Below, one piece after another: positions 57,944-64,000 of a stretch of 64,000 bases of DNA. The notes under the pieces are model-generated. The model saw nothing but the letters and a program-made list of their open reading frames with translations. It did not search any database and was not told the DNA's origin. How positions within the stretch are numbered: position 1 is the stretch's first letter; every line of letters starts with the position of its first letter. The position numbers and the translations under genes are program-made. Source of the DNA: a virus (Duplodnaviria > Caudoviricetes); IMG/VR virus record IMGVR_UViG_3300021964_000051, positions 1,786 to 65,785 of that record. One strand, written 5' to 3'.

Positions 57944-60391
57944 TCACCTAAACGATGCTTTGATTAGATAAACCTGTTCACTACTAATACCATATTCTCT
58001 TGAAATATTTTCGTGAGAATCAACAGCCTTAATAATCTGTTCCACCTCAAATGAAGTCAAGTCAATATTATCATCAACTTGAAGTTTAGTAATCATCTTA
58101 TTAATACCGTAATCATTAAGAGGAATTTGTCCGTAAATAACTTGCTTTCCTAATTGTTCTCTAATTGCATCGTGAGCCTTTAATAATTTGTGAAGAAGAA
58201 CAGGTAAGTCCACTTGAGCCGACTCAAAGATAGCCTTCAAATTGTTATATGCTTTCTTAGAAGCAGGAGATTTTTTCGTAAGAATACCTTGATTCATGTC
58301 TAACCAATGAGGCAAAGCAAAAACAGGGAAAGGTTTTCGTGCTTTGAAGTCTTTGTAAAATTGCTCGGCTCTTTTCTTAATAGACTTACCATCAAAGTCT
58401 TTCTTTTCTTTTTCCATGCTTCCAGTTTCTCGCATATAATGATGCAATAGTGCGGCAGCATAATTATTGTTTTTCTCTTGAGTGCCTTGACCAAAAATTT
58501 CAGTTAATGCGTCAGCAAACTCTTCACCATCAGTAATCAAACCAGAATCAATTTTAACTTCGGGCATAAAGATAACATTGAGAAAATCAGCAATAGCATT
58601 CATATCCCCAACATCAATTTCTTCTCTTGAACCCTCAAAAAGAGTATCATACGCACCAGACATAACAGTATCTAAGCCCAAATCAAGACTTAAGGTTTGC
58701 ATAACCTTTGAACCAATACTAGAAGCAAAATTAGGCATTTCAATAGGTAGCATACCACTATAAATCGGGTCAAAGAAATAAGCAATAGCAGAATCCATCA
58801 TCTTCTGCAAGTCACTTTTAAAACCTTCTAATTCTCCTCTTAGTTGGCCTTTTTGATTTAAAGACAAGGGAACCTTTGCTCCACCAATTAAACCAACGGT
58901 TGAACCTTGTGCTTCTCTTGCTTCAAAATCACTACCTCTTCCTCTTCCTTTGGAACTTCGGGCTTCAACCTCCATTCGGAAATCGTCATCACTTAAAATT
59001 TCATATAAGTCATTAAAGAAATTTTTAATGTTATCAATATTTTGAACACTAATTTTTTCTCCATCAACAAAAGAAGGGAATGAATCTTCTTCATAAATTT
59101 GATTAAACTTAGCATTATTAAGAACAGAAATAGGCAAGGCCATAACATCAACTTCGCCTTCATCAAGAATCTGAGTATCTTCAACTTGTTCTAACCATTC
59201 TTCAACATCTCTAGTAGTTTCTAAAGTAACTCCTTCTCCCTCATCTAAACTATCTAAAATATCATCAAGAACTTCAAGAATTTCTCTTTCCATATCTTGA
59301 GTAATAGCAATTAACTTTTCTCCTCTATTATATTCATAAACCAATAAAGGGTCAGTTGATTCTAAAATATGTCCTAATTCATCTTTCCAAGTGTATTCTT
59401 CTCCTAATTCAGATAAATCAACAGTATCGCCTTCATTACTACCTCTAGAAAGAGAACTACTCATATCCTGTAATAGTTCTTGGTTCACATCTGCGGCATC
59501 AAATTCATCTTTGTAATTTCCTGCATTAGTTTCTTTAGTAAGCATTCTATCCATAGCCAGTTTATAAGAAACAGCGTTAAAGAAACGATGATAACCAGAC
59601 TCAAATTTTCTATCAACATTATCAAACTTAGCAATATATTCTAAGTTTAAATCATTAAACCGACGAGACAAATCATCAAACTTAGATTGAGTAGTCTCAT
59701 CCCATTCAATTTCTCTAACTTCAATAAAGAAGTTAGCCATATCTTCTTCAAACTGTTCATATAGGCCACCAATTTTTGCCCAGTAATTATATACTTCAAT
59801 ACGATTGCTTTTCTTAGAAACATCAATCGCTCCTAGAACACTATTAATATCAATAGTAAAAGAACTATATTGAGTAGTTTCTAATCTATCTTCAAGAACT
59901 TCTTTTACCTTTTCAAGATTATATCTTAATTCTTCATTAATTAAAGATGTAGGGCCAAGCATCATATTTAGTTCTTTCATCACTTCTGCTTTGGGACTCC
60001 TAACATCAATGCTTCCTTTAATTTTTTGATTTAGTAATTGATTAGAAGAAACTCTTGCTCCTTGATTATATAGATTTAAAGACATAATGTTTGAAACCAT
60101 TCCAGAAGACTGTTGTTGCGAAGCCCGTTCCTGTTTCATAGGCTTGGTTTTCAATTGTTCTGTAATATATTTTCTTGCTGCTTTTCCTTTCTCAGCAATA
60201 CCCGATAGTGCTTTTTCTCTTTCGGAAGCATCTTCAATTAGCCGAGCCTTATCTCTAAGAGAATCGGTAAAGCGATTTAAAATAGAACGCATCTCGGTTC
60301 TTTTCTCGGCGGTTTCTGCTCTCGCTAATCCTTCAAGCCTTTCACGGCTAAGGTCTAGCATTTCTTTTTCTTCCTTTGTTAATTCAACCAT
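57944..60391 (-). CDS. large acidic helical protein, possible internal virion protein
   Basis: About 815 aa, D/E-rich, upstream of terL in the late arm. Confidence 0.7.
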   Translation of the reverse strand: MVELTKEEKEMLDLSRERLEGLARAETAEKRTEMRSILNRFTDSLRDKARLIEDASEREKALSGIAEKGKAARKYITEQLKTKPMKQERASQQQSSGMVSNIMSLNLYNQGARVSSNQLLNQKIKGSIDVRSPKAEVMKELNMMLGPTSLINEELRYNLEKVKEVLEDRLETTQYSSFTIDINSVLGAIDVSKKSNRIEVYNYWAKIGGLYEQFEEDMANFFIEVREIEWDETTQSKFDDLSRRFNDLNLEYIAKFDNVDRKFESGYHRFFNAVSYKLAMDRMLTKETNAGNYKDEFDAADVNQELLQDMSSSLSRGSNEGDTVDLSELGEEYTWKDELGHILESTDPLLVYEYNRGEKLIAITQDMEREILEVLDDILDSLDEGEGVTLETTRDVEEWLEQVEDTQILDEGEVDVMALPISVLNNAKFNQIYEEDSFPSFVDGEKISVQNIDNIKNFFNDLYEILSDDDFRMEVEARSSKGRGRGSDFEAREAQGSTVGLIGGAKVPLSLNQKGQLRGELEGFKSDLQKMMDSAIAYFFDPIYSGMLPIEMPNFASSIGSKVMQTLSLDLGLDTVMSGAYDTLFEGSREEIDVGDMNAIADFLNVIFMPEVKIDSGLITDGEEFADALTEIFGQGTQEKNNNYAAALLHHYMRETGSMEKEKKDFDGKSIKKRAEQFYKDFKARKPFPVFALPHWLDMNQGILTKKSPASKKAYNNLKAIFESAQVDLPVLLHKLLKAHDAIREQLGKQVIYGQIPLNDYGINKMITKLQVDDNIDLTSFEVEQIIKAVDSHENISREYGISSEQVYLIKASFR

Positions 60392-60392
60392 C

Positions 60393-62672
60393 CTAATCAC
60401 TCACTTGTTGTCTAATGATGTTTGCCTCAAGGAACCTTTTATTAGCAAGAATAACTTGGTTGTCTGGGAATGAGGCTGGATTTTTAACAAATTTCTCAAG
60501 ATGTAATTTAAACCCTTCAATAATCTGTTTTTTGATATTTTCTATAATGTTAGGCATATTGTCATTTAATTTCTTAGCCGCCTCTTGCGCTTCTGCTGAA
60601 TCGGGGTTAGCGTCTATGGTCTTAAAGGATTCCCTTACTTCCTCGTCGCCAACCAACTCATCAACTTGAGCAAAGAAACTTAAACTTCTTTCGGGAGTAA
60701 TTGTCTCTAAAGCAGATGCTTTATTTTCTAAAGTGTCAGCGAGTTTTATTAAGCCCCCACTATCCTTTAATTTTTTACCCATCATAATAATATATGCTTC
60801 AAAATCTTCCATGTTTAAAACTTCTTGACGAAGGGTTTCAGTTTGAGCAGAAATATCTATTTCTTTTTTACCTTCTAATCTTTTCTCAGTTTGAGCAATA
60901 TCTCTTTTGAGATTCTTAATTTTTTCTTCTTGTCTTGAAATAGATTCAAGTTTATCCTTCGGTAATTTTGCTTTTCTTCGCATGGCTGTTTCTAATTTTT
61001 GTTTAAGATTAGAAAGTGTTTCCTCAGTCTTTGTTTTTGCACTTTCGGATAACTCAGCAGTTTTACCTCTAACTCCTTCCTTATATGCAGTTTTGGGAGA
61101 AACTTGTTTTAATTCTCCTGTTTCATCATCAATAACTTTAATTACTGCATAATTTGCTTTTTCTTTACCTGAATACCATCTCATTATTTTTTGTCCAGAT
61201 TCATCATATTGTTCGTTTCCATTTTCATCAAGGTCAGGCCCAAGAAACTTTGTGTCATATCCGTCTCTAAAATATTCAACAGTAAAATCTTCACCTTCTT
61301 CATAAAATAGTTCATCTTCTAAAGAGTTAATATAAGCAGTAGCCTCTTTAATAGTAAAATTACCTTCAAGGAATGTCAATTGTTCTTTTTGTCTATTTAG
61401 TGCTTCTGTGGAAATTATGTTCTGGATTCTCTCACTATCAGAAATAATTTTTCTAATTTCAGAAGTAATTTGTTTTCTAGACTTTGAGCCAAGTCCATCA
61501 ATACTAGTAAAAGCACGAATATTAAACTTTCTATCAGTAGATGTTTTACCAGCAATTAATGCTTGATAAATCTCTTCAATAATTGTTTCAGTTGCCTGTT
61601 CTTCTGTAAGTAACTGCTGGACTCTTATAGAATTAAAGAAAGGTTTAGCCCAATCATTAGGAAAGTCGTTTGTAAGAATAATTTTAACAAAAGGATTAAC
61701 ATTTAAAGATTTAGGACTAGATTTATCCAAGAAAATAACAGAAGCAAAGTCAGAACCGTTTGGAAATTTTTTAGGCCTAAATGCTCTTACACTTCCAGCA
61801 ATATTATCAACCGCACTAATGTATTTCATAACAGAAGCACCAGTAAAAGGCTCAACGATTTCCATTTTTTCGCCTGTTGCTACAAAAATCTTCTTTTGAC
61901 GAACTAAATCATCAACTTCAACAGATTCGCTGCCTGAAACAAATAACATTTTCGTATTTGTCTTGCTTCCATCGGGATTTCTCATAATTTTGTTGTAAGT
62001 TTGCTTAACCCTGTCTTTTTGCGTAATAGTCGCATCATCGTCAATGATTTCCTTTGTCTTTTTGCTTCTTTTTGGAACCATTAGAGCAACTAATTCACCA
62101 TTATCTTTTAAATCTGTCAAAATTGAGCCTTCTTTTAGTTCTCCGCCGATTGCTTCGGCAAAATCAGCCAAAAGTTGCTCATTTGATGGTGGATTTTCAA
62201 ACATAATTACAGATTTTCCTGATTTTTCACGCAAAATGTCCAAAGCATCTCTAATATCTCGGTTGGATTGGAGGGTTCTCTTACCTAAATTAGCATTTTG
62301 CTCAATTTCTTCCAAAATTTCATCAACTTTTTGTTGATTTGATTGACTTTTGGCCTCCATAGCCTCATTGAGTAGCCTTCTTACATCATCAATTGTCATA
62401 AAACTAGCGGCTTCCTTCAATTTTTGAATATTTTCTTGCATTTGCTCAATGGTTTGGTCGCCAAACGGAGGTTGACCGTATAAATCTTTCAGTTTTTGCA
62501 GGTCAATTGTCCCTGCATCCACTTGACGAAGCACATCTTTCAATTTTTGGGGCTCAGTTTTAAGATTTTTAATGTCTTCAACTGCTTTTGCTGTTTGAGC
62601 AGCATTAACAATTACAAAGGCCAAAGTATTTTTGTTCGATGGAATCATTTTTAACTGCTCAAACCAACTCAT
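60393..62672 (-). CDS. large helical protein with a W...LK leader, possible internal virion protein
   Basis: Starts MSWFEQLK after a GGAG RBS; 759 aa. Confidence 0.72.
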   Translation of the reverse strand: MSWFEQLKMIPSNKNTLAFVIVNAAQTAKAVEDIKNLKTEPQKLKDVLRQVDAGTIDLQKLKDLYGQPPFGDQTIEQMQENIQKLKEAASFMTIDDVRRLLNEAMEAKSQSNQQKVDEILEEIEQNANLGKRTLQSNRDIRDALDILREKSGKSVIMFENPPSNEQLLADFAEAIGGELKEGSILTDLKDNGELVALMVPKRSKKTKEIIDDDATITQKDRVKQTYNKIMRNPDGSKTNTKMLFVSGSESVEVDDLVRQKKIFVATGEKMEIVEPFTGASVMKYISAVDNIAGSVRAFRPKKFPNGSDFASVIFLDKSSPKSLNVNPFVKIILTNDFPNDWAKPFFNSIRVQQLLTEEQATETIIEEIYQALIAGKTSTDRKFNIRAFTSIDGLGSKSRKQITSEIRKIISDSERIQNIISTEALNRQKEQLTFLEGNFTIKEATAYINSLEDELFYEEGEDFTVEYFRDGYDTKFLGPDLDENGNEQYDESGQKIMRWYSGKEKANYAVIKVIDDETGELKQVSPKTAYKEGVRGKTAELSESAKTKTEETLSNLKQKLETAMRRKAKLPKDKLESISRQEEKIKNLKRDIAQTEKRLEGKKEIDISAQTETLRQEVLNMEDFEAYIIMMGKKLKDSGGLIKLADTLENKASALETITPERSLSFFAQVDELVGDEEVRESFKTIDANPDSAEAQEAAKKLNDNMPNIIENIKKQIIEGFKLHLEKFVKNPASFPDNQVILANKRFLEANIIRQQVSD

Positions 62673-62688
62673 TGTAATTTCTCCTGAA

Positions 62689-63126
62689 TTATCTTTTCCA
62701 TGAAGGAATGTTCTTTTCATCAGTAGTCCAGCCTTCTCCGCCTGTTCTTTCCCATGATTGGGGATTAGAAAAATATTCTTGAATTAATTCCCATAATGCT
62801 TTTCTTTGGGGCAAGTTATCTTCTTGTTGCATAATTTCCATAAGAACGCCCGAAATAGTATTAGAAACACCATATCTACCTCTATTGAATTTATTTTTAC
62901 CTGAAACTTTTTTAAAGGCCGTTATAAATTTATCAACACCAACATAAGTTTTATCCTTTAATTCATATTGAATACCGCTTCCCATTTGGTCTTTAGTCAT
63001 AAAATCTTTCATTTCTTTTGGGTTTTCCATATCTTCCCAAGCATTAGATTCTTCTAAATAACTAGGGCCAGCAACGCCCTTTCTATCATGTTCAAATCTT
63101 GATTTGATTATATCTTTCCAACTCAT
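62689..63126 (-). CDS. WxxIIK-leader hypothetical protein
   Basis: Starts MSWKDIIKS. Confidence 0.75.
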   Translation of the reverse strand: MSWKDIIKSRFEHDRKGVAGPSYLEESNAWEDMENPKEMKDFMTKDQMGSGIQYELKDKTYVGVDKFITAFKKVSGKNKFNRGRYGVSNTISGVLMEIMQQEDNLPQRKALWELIQEYFSNPQSWERTGGEGWTTDEKNIPSWKR

Positions 63127-63608
63127 TGTAATCTCTCCTGCATTTTTTTAGCGTGTTGTATTCTTTCTTCATTTGAGTAAAACTGAGCAGTAGTTTCCAT
63201 CAATTGATTGAATTGTTCGGGTGAAGCATAATTGACCCCATTACTCTCAAAGTCATCATAACCGACAAACTCTAGTTCTCCAATCAATTCATCTATTGCT
63301 TCCTTAACTTCTTTATCAGAAACCAAAGTATAGTCTAACTTACCCATACCCGCCATTGTGTATTCGGGGTCATCTTCCAAATCAATGTTTTCTTTAGTTT
63401 CTTTTGCTTGTTTTATTGTAGGTTTTCCTATATTTTTCATAGGTCTTTTTGTATTGGCTTCGGAACCATAGACAGAATAAACTACGGCTTGATTAAAATA
63501 AGGAGTCCAATAGTTCGTATCTTCTTCTGATTGACTTCCTTGATATAAAAAGGGAGTTTCTGTCCCCCCAATAGAATATGGAGATTTCAAAACAGTTTTC
63601 CAACCCAT
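63123..63608 (-). CDS. WxxVLK-leader protein, paralog of 38534..39169
   Basis: MGWKTVLKSPY; LYQG..YWTP...A..YS..GS..KPTIKQA. Confidence 0.72.
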   Translation of the reverse strand: MGWKTVLKSPYSIGGTETPFLYQGSQSEEDTNYWTPYFNQAVVYSVYGSEANTKRPMKNIGKPTIKQAKETKENIDLEDDPEYTMAGMGKLDYTLVSDKEVKEAIDELIGELEFVGYDDFESNGVNYASPEQFNQLMETTAQFYSNEERIQHAKKMQERLQ

Positions 63609-63609
63609 T

Positions 63610-63864
63610 TTAATCCCTCATCGCTTCTTCCTGCTTTTTCTCATAACATGACCTGCATCCTGAAATCCAATTGTCATTGGGTTTTCTTGGGTCTATTGGG
63701 CCACTTACTTCTTGAACTCCTTCGCAACCTCTCAATGCAATTCTGCATGGTTTCAATGGGGTTCTAAACTCTCCTTCGTCGGAAAAGTCCACATCGTTCA
63801 AAGTGGGAAGAAGGTAAATCTCTCTATGGTCTATCCTTTTAAGAATTTTTTCTTTCCAACTCAT
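63610..63864 (-). CDS. W...ILK-leader small Cys-containing protein
   Basis: Starts MSWKEKILKR; contains C-x6-C and CRSC. Confidence 0.68.
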   Translation of the reverse strand: MSWKEKILKRIDHREIYLLPTLNDVDFSDEGEFRTPLKPCRIALRGCEGVQEVSGPIDPRKPNDNWISGCRSCYEKKQEEAMRD

Positions 63865-63880
63865 TGTAATCTTTCCTGCA

Positions 63881-64000
63881 TTAAAATCTTCCTTTAGCAT
63901 GAAGTAAATCCTTTTTCTTTAATTCAAACCTTAGTGCTTCAAATGTATCTTTATCATATTTATCTTCTAAGGACTTGATATAAAATCTAATTAATTTTTT
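63881..64000 (-). CDS. 3' end of a gene truncated by the window edge
   Basis: Open frame KKLIRFYIKSLEDKYDKDTFEALRFELKKKDLLHAKGRF*. Confidence 0.55.
   Translation of the reverse strand, partial: KKLIRFYIKSLEDKYDKDTFEALRFELKKKDLLHAKGRF

Larger units (their letters stand above)
62664..63882. repeat. three-copy 27-32 nt direct repeat at gene starts (62664-62690, 63113-63144, 63851-63882)
   Basis: - strand consensus AAT(G/T)CAGGA(A/G)A(G/A)ATTACA-ATG-AGT-TGG; copies 2 and 3 match at 31 of 32 nt. Confidence 0.9.

Noticed and set aside
425-63897. Numerous 60-170 aa ORFs antisense to, or nested in, the main genes
   Set aside because: They overlap well-supported genes, have no motifs and show the composition of shadow frames.

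Overview
This 64-kb window is a gene-dense, AT-rich segment of a tailed dsDNA archaeal virus (Caudoviricetes). Its gene content fits the 'Magroviruses' of Marine Group II Euryarchaeota (Poseidoniales); this assignment is inferred from gene content, not from a database search. It has two convergent arms. The + strand arm (1-18361) is an archaeal-type replication and repair module: ATP-dependent ligase, a histone-fold protein, RFC large and small subunits, an OB-fold ssDNA-binding protein, a Sak4/RecA-like ATPase, a ParB-like protein, a probable PCNA, a PolB split into two genes, a Cas4-like nuclease, a fused primase, an ERCC4 nuclease, an MCM-like helicase and a DEDD exonuclease. The - strand arm (18552-64000) is the morphogenesis module: terminase, portal, prohead protease/scaffold, major capsid protein, neck, tail tube, frameshifted tail chaperone, tape measure, hub and fibre. 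Four observations stand out. (1) At least 11 mostly unrelated late genes begin with a W-x-x-(I/L/V)-(L/I)-K leader that resembles the scaffold's C-terminal W-x-D-I-H-K motif, and several sit behind duplicated 22-32 nt start-region repeats. This looks like a capsid-cargo tagging and cassette-exchange system. (2) An Arf-like small GTPase is clustered with membrane and coiled-coil proteins, a candidate membrane-remodelling or egress module. (3) A second, 993-aa ligase-domain protein lies inside the head gene cluster. (4) The virus encodes a histone-fold protein and a TFS-like zinc-ribbon microprotein. No tRNA, rRNA, CRISPR array or intein was recognised by eye. All product calls come from motif recognition only.
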